From: an uncultured Nitrososphaerota archaeon
Lineage (GTDB): Archaea > Thermoproteota > Nitrososphaeria > Nitrososphaerales > CADDZS01
Direction of reading: 5' to 3'
Assembly (NCBI GenBank): GCA_963799845.1
Contig: CAWCYI010000006.1
Coordinates: forward strand, 896,001-960,000
DNA: 64,000 nt
The notes under the pieces are model-generated. The model had not been told where the DNA came from. It saw only the letters and a program-made list of their open reading frames with translations, and ran no database searches. Position numbers and translations under genes: made by a program. Below, piece after piece: positions 52,403 to 61,994 of the stretch. Numbering within the stretch: position 1 is the stretch's first letter; each line of letters starts with the position of its first letter.

Positions 52403-53462
52403 ATGGACTTGGATCAAGTCAAATTGAATGAATTCGTAGGAAAGTTCGTAGCCGACTTTGGTGCAGCGCTTCATGCGCCCACCATAATTCTCGGAGAAAA
52501 GTTGGGCCTCTACAAGGCAATGGCGGGAGCGGGAGAGCTCGAGTGCCCAAGAGCTGGCCTCTAAAACAGGCACCAGGGAGAGATACGTACAGGAGTGGCT
52601 CGCTTCTCAGGCGGCCGCAGGTTATGCAATGTACAACCCGAAGACGGGAAAATATTGGCTCACGCCAGAACAGGCATTTACTCTGGCAGATGACTCCAGC
52701 CCTGCGTATCTTCCGGGTGCCTTTTACATTGCTTCCGCCATTTTCCGGGACGAGCCCAAGGTTGTCGATGCGTTTAGGACAGGAAGAGGCCTAGGATGGC
52801 ATGAGCATGACGGATACCTGTTCCGTGGTACGGAGATGTTCTTCCGACCGGGATACGCTGCAAACTTGGTTCCGTCCTGGCTTCCCTCGCTCGAGGGCGT
52901 GGTAGCCAAGCTTGAGCGAGGCGCAAATGTAGCAGATATCGGTTGCGGGCACGGTGCATCGACGATCATCATGGCGCAAGCCTATCCTAATTCCTCATTT
53001 GTGGGCTACGATTATCACGAGCTCTCTATTCAAACCGCGAGGAAAATTGCAGAGAGGAAAGGGCTAGCGGACCGGATAAAGTTCGTGGTCGCAGACGCAA
53101 AAGCCTACCCTGGAGAGAATTTCGATCTTGTGACCGTTTTCGACGCGCTTCACGATATGGGAGACCCCACAGGAGCGGCAAGACATGTTTGCCAATCCTT
53201 GAACCCGGACGGAACGTGGATGATCGTGGAACCGATGGCGAACGAGTTGACTGCGGATAATCTGAATCCGGTGGGAAGGATCTTTTACAGCGCATCCACG
53301 ATGCTCTGCACTCCGGCCTCAATATCCCAAGAGGTAGGTCTCGCGTTGGGAGCTCAGGCGGGTGATTCTCAAATAGAGAAGGCAGTCAAAGCTGGCGGCT
53401 TTACCAGATTTAGGCGGGCCACTCAGACGCCGTTCAACCGGATCTTCGAGGCGCGCCCATAG
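52403..53462 (+). pseudogene. Rv2258c-like SAM methyltransferase, frameshifted near 52540
   Basis: GEKLGLYKAM, ERYVQEWL, ADIGCGHG, DALHDMGDP, TPFNRIFEARP. Confidence 0.88.
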
Positions 53463-53470
53463 AAAAGAGG

Positions 53471-53737
53471 ATGATCGGCTTGATCATCATCTGGAAAGCG
53501 GATTATGAAGGAGAGCACTTCGAGGAGGACCTCCGGAAACTGCAGGCGCTTCAAAAGCACATTCAGGAGGAGATCGGCGGAACAGCAGAGGGACCGTTTC
53601 TGCCGCAAGACGCTTCCGTCGTGTACATCTTCCATGTGAAGGAATATGAATGGCTCAACAAGGCCGGCCGAATCTACTTTTCCGAAGTCGCAAAGCAAAA
53701 TCTCGCCTTGTTCCAAAATCGTACGAGGTCGCAGTGA
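53471..53737 (+). CDS. hypothetical protein
   Basis: 88-aa ORF with GAGG before ATG. Confidence 0.55.
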   Translation: MIGLIIIWKADYEGEHFEEDLRKLQALQKHIQEEIGGTAEGPFLPQDASVVYIFHVKEYEWLNKAGRIYFSEVAKQNLALFQNRTRSQ

Positions 53738-53831
53738 CTCCGGAAGAATTTTTCGGAAAGTAGCATTTTGAAATAGAATAGGGGCTCTCAACGCCTTTTT
53801 CCTTTTCTTTTTTTCAGTAGCTTATTGTAAA

Positions 53832-54920
53832 TAGGAGTTACGCGGTTGACCCAAGAAGATAGATTGGGTGTGCAATGTAGCTCCTTATCGCATCTCTGAC
53901 GATTCTCGCCTTCGCTTCGTACCAGCTTATCCCGGTCATCAATCTGCACAATTCTAGACGTATGAACGCCCTTATTGACATGTGGATGTGATTCAGAATG
54001 GATGTCGCCTTCCTGACCTGAGCCCTCTCAATGCCACAACACTGCTTGACTCCTCTGTGGTACTCCTCGATTCCCCATCCTTGGTCAGAGAGTTCATCTC
54101 TCTTTTCCTCATTCATCCCAACGTCATCGGTAGCCCAGTGTTCAATGTCTCCTTTCTTGGAGGCTGTCCTGAACACCCTGACCATTCCGAATCCCATGAG
54201 ATGAACCGTGGTTCCCTCAGGCGGGATCTCCACGTCCTTGATTGGTTTGTTTCCTTTTTTTCTGCCCGTTGGATTGACGAGCCTGTTCTCCTTGAGGCGG
54301 CAGAAGAAATGCCACCCGAGCTCCCTTGCGATGAGCTTCAGATTTTCCATGCTCGAGTACCAGCTGTCAAAGAGGACGTATTTTGGTTCCATCCCTCTCT
54401 GCTTTGCAACCAACAACATGTCCTGGAAGTGATCGTTCTTGGTGAGACCGTCTTTTGACGCATTGTAGAGTCTAAAGTCACATGGAATGAGGGCGTTACC
54501 ATCGCTCCATAGTGTTGTGATGAGATTTATCCCCTTCACCACACTGTGGTGTTTTCCGCTCCAGTGGTACGTGACGTAATCCATCTTCTCCGCGTACGGT
54601 TTGTCCAGAGTTGAATCATCGACTATCAGTACTCCTCCCGCAGTAACGGCGATGATCCTCTTCGCCTCATCCCAGAGCGCTTCTGTATCCGCAGGCAGTC
54701 TCTCCAGAAGGCGGGTGAAGCTATCGTGTGCTGGCGGCGTGACTCCTGCATCATCATCAGGCTGACATCTAGCAGCTTCGGTGCAAGCGAATGATTTCTG
54801 GGATGCTATCAGGAAGTCTATGTAGTCATTGTCATCGCATTTTGGAGGGTTCATGCAGCGTCTGATGAACCAGAGAAACAATCCTGGCCAAATTCTTTTC
54901 GGCCAAATGCGTAACTCCTA
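53832..54920 (-). mobile_element. IS701-family element with transposase 53838-54881
   Basis: TIR TAGGAGTTACGC; IVDDSTLDK, FDSWY, WGIEEYHRGVKQ. Confidence 0.92.
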
Positions 54921-55060
54921 GTAAAGATAACGTAATAAAACAGTGCGCCGTATTCTGCCCGCTCCCACAGGCAATCCAGATAAGAGTAGGAAGGAGTTCC
55001 TTGCGTATAAATGCCAAGCAAAGTCAGCTAGCTGACTGACTAGCTAGGTAGTTAGCTAAG

Positions 55061-55147
55061 AGACTAGACTAAATAAGAAAGACATAGAAGCATAAGCAAG
55101 AAGAGAGGCTACCCAACACACGCAACACACACACACACACACACTCA
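55061..55147 (+). repeat. left terminal inverted repeat (87 bp, (AC)10)
   Basis: reverse complement of 59533-59613. Confidence 0.95.
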
Positions 55148-55846
55148 ATAGTAATCTGAATAGTAAATGCTCGAAGGGGTCTTATTATTCAAAACCTTCA
55201 TTGTCCTTTCATTATTCCAAAATTTGATGTAAGTATCTAGGTTCTTTTGAGTTAGATCGTCTCGAAACTCGTATTGTAATCTCCCGAAAAATGCTTCGAG
55301 TGTTGAACTTAGAAACTTACTCTCGCTAGTAATTGGAAAGGTATCTATCCATTTACCCAAAACACTCTTTGAATATTTTCTCTGAATCATTGAATCTAAA
55401 GCGAAATGAAGTTTATGAGAATAGTTAGGCAGAGTTTGAAGAGATTGTTTAAGGCATTCGTCTAATTTGAACCAGTGAGGATACTGATAAGACCGTGAAA
55501 CAATTTCTTTTGGTGCATGTTTTAGACAAGCATGCACTATCAGACGAGATGCCACATCTTGAATAGCGAATAGAACCACTGGAGAATCATAGACTTTGAT
55601 TCTATCTTTAGGTTTGAATTCTCGTCTAGTCCATTTATTGAACTGAGAACTATCGTAATTCCAACGCAACCATTTAGGCAGAAAGACTACATTTTCCCCG
55701 ATATTGATTCGTGTATTTCCTCTAGGTCTAGGAGTGTGCGGTTTATTGTATAGACGGTAATCGTGAAACTTCTTAGGCATTCTTCGAGTGAGAAAACAGA
55801 AATCTGCAACCCAAAGAGAATTCGGCTTTGTGATAACTTCGAGCAT
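55145..55846 (-). CDS. divergent rve-type (IS3/IS481/retroviral-like) DDE integrase
   Basis: PNSLWVADF, AIQDVASR, ALDS, LEAFFGRLQYE, WNNERTMKVLNNKTP. Confidence 0.8.
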   Translation of the reverse strand: MLEVITKPNSLWVADFCFLTRRMPKKFHDYRLYNKPHTPRPRGNTRINIGENVVFLPKWLRWNYDSSQFNKWTRREFKPKDRIKVYDSPVVLFAIQDVASRLIVHACLKHAPKEIVSRSYQYPHWFKLDECLKQSLQTLPNYSHKLHFALDSMIQRKYSKSVLGKWIDTFPITSESKFLSSTLEAFFGRLQYEFRDDLTQKNLDTYIKFWNNERTMKVLNNKTPSSIYYSDYY

Positions 55847-55850
55847 ACTA

Positions 55851-56974
55851 ACCTGGCCGACATAAGTTCATAGACACCTGTTGGTCAGAAGGAATTTCTT
55901 CATGTCAAGATGCGAGCAAAACCTTCGCGTTCGATAGTATTCTGCCAGGATTGATTTCAGTTCTTTCAATGACGTCGGAAAGGTTGGAAGCCTTGAGAGA
56001 TCCTTCTCACCCTCGCGCCAACACTCCTCCATCATGTTGAACTCTGGCGAAGCTGTCGGGATCCATCTGACTCTGAGAGTCTTCCTGTTCTTACCCAAAT
56101 AATCAGTTACGATCCTGGTTTTGTGGTGTTGCCTTGCTTTGTCAAGGAAGAGATAGAGTGATCCAAACTTCCTGTGCACCTTCTTCAGGTAGTCGAGGAA
56201 TGTCTCGCCATTGAATTTCTCGTACTGCCTGAAGATTTGTGTCCCGTCCAGGCTGATCGCTCCAAACACCACGGTGTTGCCGTGCGAGCCTGACACAATC
56301 CGAATCGGTCGAATCCCTTTGACCGCCCACACCCTTTTGGTTTCTATGTTCTGGACGAAGATTGATTCGTCTTCGGATGCTACGGTGAAGCCTTCCGGGA
56401 TATTCCTGAGGAGTCTTGCGGTCCTTTTTTAAATTCGAGCCTCTCTTCGAGGGAAGCCTTGTGAAGTAACCTCTTGTCAGGGACAATTGCTCTCACTCCC
56501 CACTTCTGCATCAACCTGTAGATGTGTCTCTCAGTGTATGCCACGTCTGCTTCCTTGCGGATCATCTCCCTGACCTCCTTCACGGTCCAGCCGCATTCGT
56601 TCTTCACGACCTTCCTCTTCACCGCAATGAACTTGTTGTGATCGAGCTTCGGAGGTCTCCCGCTCCTTTCCATCGTCTTGAGTCCTTCTAGCCCATCTTT
56701 CTCGAAACGTCTAAGCCACGGTGTCGTCCATGATTTGTGCCGGTGAACTTCCCTTGCTACGTGCGACGCCGGGACACCCTCGTACTTGACCTTCAGAACG
56801 AGGAATATCCTCTTGCTTACGTTTGCGTCCCTCTCCTCTCTATAAGCCTCTTCAACAATCTCCTTCGGTGCCTGTAATCGAGACATACAACCTGAGATAG
56901 GAAGGGAAGTTGGCCAAAAATGAGAATGTCTAGGTCTGTGGCCCTTTCAGTCTAATAATTTATGTCGGCCAGGT
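55851..56974 (-). mobile_element. IS630-family element, copy 2 (same sequence as copy 1)
   Basis: same 1124-bp length, TIR and proteins; TA duplication. Confidence 0.95.
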
Positions 56975-57435
56975 TAAATTCTCCCCTTAAGATAAATCTC
57001 GAAATATCTCTCTGTAGCACGCAGATATTTCGGTTCAAATTGTTGAACGAGTTTTTGTATTGGCAAAGTGCGAGCGTTTTTTATTTTCCAATAATATTCG
57101 GCAACATACCTAAGAAAGAATTCGTAATTGGGTTCAGAATCAAATTGCTGAATGGTTTTCATCAATTCTAAAATTGTTTCTTCCGTCTTGAATTCATTCT
57201 CATTAAGGTTAGGATTATGTTTCACAATTTTCTTTGAAAGCGAGTCTGCTCTTTCTCTAAGGGTATTTTCCTCAGTTATCGTATTACTGATTGGAGAATC
57301 TCCGAGTTTTGAAAATCTCTTCCTTCGTTGTCTCATTCGCATTCTAGACGCAATTTTATCTTCAAATTGATAATCAGGATTCCTCTTACGGTATTTTTTC
57401 ATGTAGTCTTTCATTCGTTCCTTACTAAGTGGCAT
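56974..57435 (-). CDS. basic hypothetical protein upstream of the integrase (orfA-like)
   Basis: Arg/Lys-rich N-terminus MKDYMKKYRKRN; coupled to the integrase before IS630 insertion. Confidence 0.75.
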   Translation of the reverse strand: MPLSKERMKDYMKKYRKRNPDYQFEDKIASRMRMRQRRKRFSKLGDSPISNTITEENTLRERADSLSKKIVKHNPNLNENEFKTEETILELMKTIQQFDSEPNYEFFLRYVAEYYWKIKNARTLPIQKLVQQFEPKYLRATERYFEIYLKGRI

Positions 57436-57670
57436 GAGGTTAGTTTTACTTTAAGGCGATAGTTAAGGGTTTACGAACCCTATCTTTTGGGAAAGAAATA
57501 ATGTTAGAGACTCAGTATGAAGAAAATCACCTGACTTATTACAAATGCGGATACTGCAAGAATCAAGTGAGGGATTTAGAACTATGTTGGATTGTCTCTC
57601 AACGTATCGGAATATGCTATAGTTGTGCTGAACGTGTAGGTTTACGAACAGTATATAGTGAGAACTGAAA

Positions 57671-57958
57671 ATGGTTTTTGGCACTATAGACCCGATGGAT
57701 GATAATAAGAAAAGTAGGCAGTTTGCCTTCAAAGTTTTGAAAACGATTGTTCCATGTGCGAAGCGAAAGGCAATCGCGGTTCTTGCTCTAAAATCAGGAC
57801 ATACGAGCCGTTATGTAAAAGATGAAGTTATTAAACTACTAATTGACTCTGGAGAATTAATCGAAGATGAAAACGAAAATATTTCTTTTGCTCCGCTAGA
57901 AACTGGAGAACTTTCCACTGATTCAAACGGGAATCATATTCCTGAAAAAAAGAAGTGA
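57671..57958 (+). CDS. small possible winged-helix protein
   Basis: GHTSRYVKDEVIKLLIDSGELIE; TATA-like TATATAG about 17 nt upstream. Confidence 0.65.
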   Translation: MVFGTIDPMDDNKKSRQFAFKVLKTIVPCAKRKAIAVLALKSGHTSRYVKDEVIKLLIDSGELIEDENENISFAPLETGELSTDSNGNHIPEKKK

Positions 57959-57965
57959 ATGAATT

Positions 57966-58265
57966 ATGCTCTCGAAGATAGAAAGCGTAAACAGTGATCG
58001 TTCCTCAAAGAATTTTGAGGATTTAGTCTACAACTCGCCAGTTTCCAATAATGGAAGCGTTAGAGTGAGAGATGGGAGTCTACGCGATACCTTCGATATT
58101 TCCTTATCTCGAAGTCGTCGATTTTGCTCAGAATGTAACATACGAAAAACAGTATGGTTATTTTGCTCTAACTATGAGAGCGTTATCAATATGCCGTTTA
58201 GGCTTTGTTTCTTTTGCATTCAAAGACACTCGATTATTCTAGCACAATTTAGAAGTGAATATTAG
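57966..58265 (+). CDS. small Cys-rich (zinc-finger) protein
   Basis: FCSEC...LCFFCIQRH. Confidence 0.65.
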   Translation: MLSKIESVNSDRSSKNFEDLVYNSPVSNNGSVRVRDGSLRDTFDISLSRSRRFCSECNIRKTVWLFCSNYESVINMPFRLCFFCIQRHSIILAQFRSEY

Positions 58266-58267
58266 TT

Positions 58268-58597
58268 TTGGTGCATAGACGTTCTGAACATTCTCACTAT
58301 AAGGATGCACTCGATTTTCTAAAACGCATTGTTAGAGAAGAGGGTAGAAAGGATGAATCACAACTTGTTAATCTCTTCAATGGAAACGATAGACTAGTTC
58401 AAGCACAATTAGACCAATGGAAAGAAAAGGGACTAGTAAAACCAGAACGTCTAAGCGTTAAAGAAAGAAAAATCGTAGAAAGACCTAGACCTAGAATTTC
58501 CCCATTTTACAGATTAGACACTGTTAATCGAAATGGTAGAAAGATACTCGTTGCTAGGGCGAAGAACGGCAGATTTGTAAAATTAACATCAAGTTGA
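58268..58597 (+). CDS. small basic hypothetical protein
   Basis: ends ARAKNGRFVK; tightly packed in operon. Confidence 0.65.
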   Translation: MVHRRSEHSHYKDALDFLKRIVREEGRKDESQLVNLFNGNDRLVQAQLDQWKEKGLVKPERLSVKERKIVERPRPRISPFYRLDTVNRNGRKILVARAKNGRFVKLTSS

Positions 58598-58601
58598 GAC
58601 T

Positions 58602-58754
58602 ATGGACAGAATAAAGCAATTAGAAAATAAAGTGTATAGACTTGAACGTTTGGTCTACCAAACAAAGTATTACTACACGCATAGAAGAGAACGCATAGAA
58701 TATCAGTTACAGCGCTATTATGCCCTAAAGGCTAAACGGAAAACTGCGAAGTGA
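58602..58754 (+). CDS. 50-aa basic coiled-coil protein (below ORF-track cutoff)
   Basis: MDRIKQLENKVYRLERLVYQTKYYYTHRRERIEYQLQRYYALKAKRKTAK. Confidence 0.6.
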   Translation: MDRIKQLENKVYRLERLVYQTKYYYTHRRERIEYQLQRYYALKAKRKTAK

Positions 58755-58921
58755 ATTTAAGAAAATACATTTTGGAAGTGTTTGAAACGACAAAAGTTCA
58801 CGGAGAAAGGGCAGAGAAAATGAAACAAGAAATTAGAGCAAAACGATTACAAAGAGAAAAGGAAGCAATTCAGAGAGAAGAGGAAATCAGTTATGATGAA
58901 CGGTATAAAGACAGAGTTTGA
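58751..58921 (+). CDS. 56-aa charged helical protein
   Basis: GTGA and TTGA overlaps with its neighbours. Confidence 0.6.
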   Translation: MNLRKYILEVFETTKVHGERAEKMKQEIRAKRLQREKEAIQREEEISYDERYKDRV

Positions 58922-59115
58922 TTAAATTGTTAGGACTACATAGAAAACAGAAAACTTACTACTGCACTTATCCAACATGCAGAGGGTATCTCAATTCGAA
59001 AAAAGACGCAATTGCTCATACAAAACAGCAACATCAAGTATTCGAAGTGAAAAATTTAGAGGAATTTCAGAAAAAGTATGGCGATAAATCTAGAGGTAAA
59101 GTTGAGAAATTATGA
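58918..59115 (+). CDS. C2H2 zinc-finger protein
   Basis: YYCTYPTCRGYLNSKKDAIAHTKQQH. Confidence 0.75.
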   Translation: MIKLLGLHRKQKTYYCTYPTCRGYLNSKKDAIAHTKQQHQVFEVKNLEEFQKKYGDKSRGKVEKL

Positions 59116-59258
59116 ATGATAAAGCAAAGTATGAAGAAACAGAAAACGAAATAGACGCACAGAAATTAAGAAAAATGAAACTCGAAGAGGAAGAGAGAAA
59201 GAGAAAACAGCGTTTGAATATGGTTCAAAGTGCTAGAACCGCATTAGAGAGAATGTGA
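59112..59258 (+). CDS. 48-aa charged helical protein
   Basis: ATGA overlap; ends TALERM. Confidence 0.6.
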   Translation: MNDKAKYEETENEIDAQKLRKMKLEEEERKRKQRLNMVQSARTALERM

Positions 59259-59262
59259 GAAA

Positions 59263-59400
59263 ATGGTAGACAGAGAAATCAAGAAAGCATTCAGGAATAT
59301 TCGAAAAGAACTTTCTAAACAAGAAAGAGAGATTTTGAAAGCAGACCTGAAGGCAGACAGAGAGCGCTCTAAACTAAAGAGAAATACAGAAAGAATGTAG
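59263..59400 (+). CDS. 45-aa charged helical protein
   Basis: MVDREIKKAFRNIRKEL...NTERM. Confidence 0.6.
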   Translation: MVDREIKKAFRNIRKELSKQEREILKADLKADRERSKLKRNTERM

Positions 59401-59535
59401 ATGCAAACTCTGGAAACATGCGCAGATTGTAATAGAGCATTATCAGTTTATTTCAGATATTGCCCTTTTCACAATTCTAAAGTTTGTGAGTATTGTTTCA
59501 AGAATCATAGAGCACTTTGTTTCAATAAGAAATGA
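59401..59535 (+). CDS. 44-aa Cys/His-rich zinc-finger protein
   Basis: CADC...CPFH...CEYC...H...C; stop codon supplied by the TIR. Confidence 0.65.
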   Translation: MQTLETCADCNRALSVYFRYCPFHNSKVCEYCFKNHRALCFNKK

Positions 59536-59613
59536 GTGTGTGTGTGTGTTGCGTGTGTTGGGTAGCCTCTCTTCTTGCTTATGCTTCTATGTCTTTCTTA
59601 TTTAGTCTAGTCT
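59533..59613 (-). repeat. right terminal inverted repeat (81 bp, (GT)7)
   Basis: reverse complement of 55061-55147. Confidence 0.95.
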
Positions 59614-59642
59614 GTTAGCTAAGTAAATTTGGCTCCTGTAAC

Positions 59643-60078
59643 TCAGCTCCGAATCGCTTGGATTGTCTGATTAGGGCGGAAGCCCAATGCATCAAGTTCG
59701 AAGTGTTTATGGGCGGACAAAAAGTTCTGATCTACGGTGCTTCTGGAAGCGATATAACGCCCATCAACTCCAAAATACCGCCTACTTTCTTTGCGGTAGA
59801 CCTGACTTCTTAACTGGTCCTTTGTAATGTTCGTTTCTAGGGCAGTGAACGCTACATTTCTCACTAACGGAATGATTGTGCCCCTTCACTTCTTCTAAGA
59901 GCTTCTCTTTTAGTTCCTCTCTTTTGCGATAAGCCGACAATTTACGAGATCTAACCAAAGTACAGTTTTGATTCCTAATAAAAAAAGATGTCAAAATATA
60001 AGATAGTAGCAGTAAGTTGGTATCAAGTAGAGAATTCACTATAGAATAATTGACAATAAGCAGATCGGTGTGATCCAC
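59643..60078 (-). pseudogene. hypothetical protein, probably frameshifted
   Basis: two overlapping minus-strand ORFs. Confidence 0.35.
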
Positions 60079-60294
60079 GCTTTTGACCGTTAATTCGAGA
60101 ACGTAGCAAATTCCATGTCGAGTTCAATTGAGTAATTGCCCACTTCCGAGATGTGAATAGCTGAAAGACCTAAAAGAAGCTCGACTCGTCCCCGAAACCA
60201 AACATTTTCAAGAGCTCGGTGACGACCTTGTGAAATGATCCATTAGCTATCCTTGATCTCCTTCTTCGCGTCCGGGTGGTCTGAGAAGTAGAAT

Positions 60295-61230
60295 TTGATT
60301 GAGTTCTTAGACGTCCACAAGAGCTACAAGGCCTTCCAGGCCGTAAGGGGTGTAACTTTCACCATAGAAGACAAAGAGGTCTTCGGCCTGCTCGGACCAA
60401 ACGGGGCAGGCAAGTCGACCCTGATAATGACGATGGCAACAGTCTATCGGCCGACATCCGGCGATATCCGGGTCGACGGCCACAGCGTCTTGGAGGAGCC
60501 GGGAAAGGTGAAGGAGCTGATCGGCATCAGCTTCCAGGATCCAAAGTATGACAGAATCCTTTCGGCTAGGGAGATCCTGGAATGGCACGCCAGAGTGACC
60601 GGCGTAGAAAGACAGGAAGCCAGAAGGCGCATCGACGAGGTTCTCGGTAAATTTGGCATACTGGAAGAAGCCAACAAGCGGACATGGATGCTGAGCGGGG
60701 GCACGAAGAAAAAGATCGAGAACGCCAAAGTGTTTGTCCAGCGGCCGAAGGTCGCGGTGTTTGACGAGCCTACCGCGTACCTCGACGTTCCTTCGCGTCT
60801 CATGGTCTGGAACATGATCGATGAATTGCGACAGGAGGGCACGACAGTCCTTCTTGCGACCAACATGATGGATGAGGCCGACCGAATGTCCGACAGGGTG
60901 GGAATAGTCAATAGAGGGCAGATGGCAAAGGTTGGAACCCCGTCCGAGCTCAAGGCAAGCCTGAAGGGCAAGGATATCATCGAAATGAAACTCTCAAAGA
61001 ACGCGTCCCTGTTTGTCAATGAGCTAGAGCAAATCGACGAAGTCGAGCGCGTGGCACTTTTGGACGAAGAAGATGACGCGCTCTCGATCTACCTCAGCAA
61101 TGGCCGCACCCTGCTCCCGCTGATAATCAACAAGATATCATCGAAGGGTGGGATCATCCAGAGCGTCAGCCTGAACGAACCGACTCTCGAGGACGTGTTC
61201 CTGAACTATACCGGGAGCAAGCTCGCTTGA
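60295..61230 (+). CDS. ABC-2 (DrrA-like) ATP-binding protein
   Basis: GPNGAGKST, LSGG, FDEPT, EPTLEDVFL. Confidence 0.93.
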   Translation: MIEFLDVHKSYKAFQAVRGVTFTIEDKEVFGLLGPNGAGKSTLIMTMATVYRPTSGDIRVDGHSVLEEPGKVKELIGISFQDPKYDRILSAREILEWHARVTGVERQEARRRIDEVLGKFGILEEANKRTWMLSGGTKKKIENAKVFVQRPKVAVFDEPTAYLDVPSRLMVWNMIDELRQEGTTVLLATNMMDEADRMSDRVGIVNRGQMAKVGTPSELKASLKGKDIIEMKLSKNASLFVNELEQIDEVERVALLDEEDDALSIYLSNGRTLLPLIINKISSKGGIIQSVSLNEPTLEDVFLNYTGSKLA

Positions 61231-61994
61231 CCGTAAGATCTCAACTCTTTATACTCTGGGCGATTGTCGCAAGGGATCTCCGAATCCTGGTAAAGTCCCC
61301 GTGGATCCTCATCCAGCGATCGGTCTTCTTCCTTATCTCGCTGTTTGTATTTGCAAATATAATCAACAAACTTGTTTCATTCCCCGGCTTCAACTACTTT
61401 GACTTCTACTCCGTCGGCGCAGTTGTTTCCACCATTACGTCAATAGCATTCATCATCGGCGCCGATCTTTTCGAGGAAGAGGAGCTCGGCATGCTGGACT
61501 ACCTCCTGAGCCTCCCATTTGGTCACACTCTCTTCGTGGTGGGAAGATCTCTCGGCGGTGCCCTAAGAGGACTTATCTACACAGCTCCTATGCTTCTTTT
61601 GGTCGCGGTCATTGACGGTTACTATTCTCCCGTGGGTATCCTCGAATCCTACGTCGTCATGTTCATTCTCGCTACCGGCATATCCGGGCTCTCAATTACA
61701 GTGGCGATGAATATCAGAAGCGAGAATCGGTTCGATGTCGTCATAGCGACCGCGGAGCTCGTAACCGTCCGCGTCAGCGCGGCGATATACCCGCTCATCT
61801 ATATTCCGCGGGCACTGCAACCAATCGCTTCCGTCTCGCCGGTTTCATCGACCGCAGACATCCTGAGAGCAATCATACTGGGTAATCCTTCGGGCCCGAC
61901 GGACATTATTCTCCTTCTCGCGTTTGTAGCCGTCTTCTTCGGACTCGGATCGGCACTGCTATTTCGAAAACTGGAGGGCGGCCGCTTTGGGTAG
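61227..61994 (+). CDS. ABC-2 permease
   Basis: six TM segments, coupled to the ATPase. Confidence 0.88.
   Translation: MTVRSQLFILWAIVARDLRILVKSPWILIQRSVFFLISLFVFANIINKLVSFPGFNYFDFYSVGAVVSTITSIAFIIGADLFEEEELGMLDYLLSLPFGHTLFVVGRSLGGALRGLIYTAPMLLLVAVIDGYYSPVGILESYVVMFILATGISGLSITVAMNIRSENRFDVVIATAELVTVRVSAAIYPLIYIPRALQPIASVSPVSSTADILRAIILGNPSGPTDIILLLAFVAVFFGLGSALLFRKLEGGRFG

Larger units (their letters stand above)
55061..59613. mobile_element. unclassified TIR-bounded element with rve integrase and small-ORF operon
   Basis: TIRs 55061-55147 and 59533-59613 identical except (AC)10 versus (AC)7; direct repeat GTTAGCTAAG at 55051-60 and 59614-23. Confidence 0.92.

Noticed and set aside
5347-53462. 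Programmed frameshifting or phase variation in many genes (phosphoesterase, pit, dgoD, methyltransferase, cyclase)
   Set aside because: Scattered single-base shifts in unrelated genes are better explained by long-read indel error or decay. Only the IS630 and IS3 slippery sites fit known programmed shifts.
55145-57435. One long transposase gene disrupted by IS630
   Set aside because: The reconstructed pre-insertion sequence has a native TAG followed by a new ATG, so these are two genes.
55061-59613. Casposon, polinton or complete provirus
   Set aside because: No Cas1, family B polymerase, packaging ATPase or recognisable capsid protein; the element is only about 3.4 kb without IS630.
60307-61019. 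Long antisense ORFs over the ABC ATPase (and similar ones over pit, NRAMP and the APC permease)
   Set aside because: Shadow ORFs of well-supported genes on the opposite strand, with no motifs of their own.
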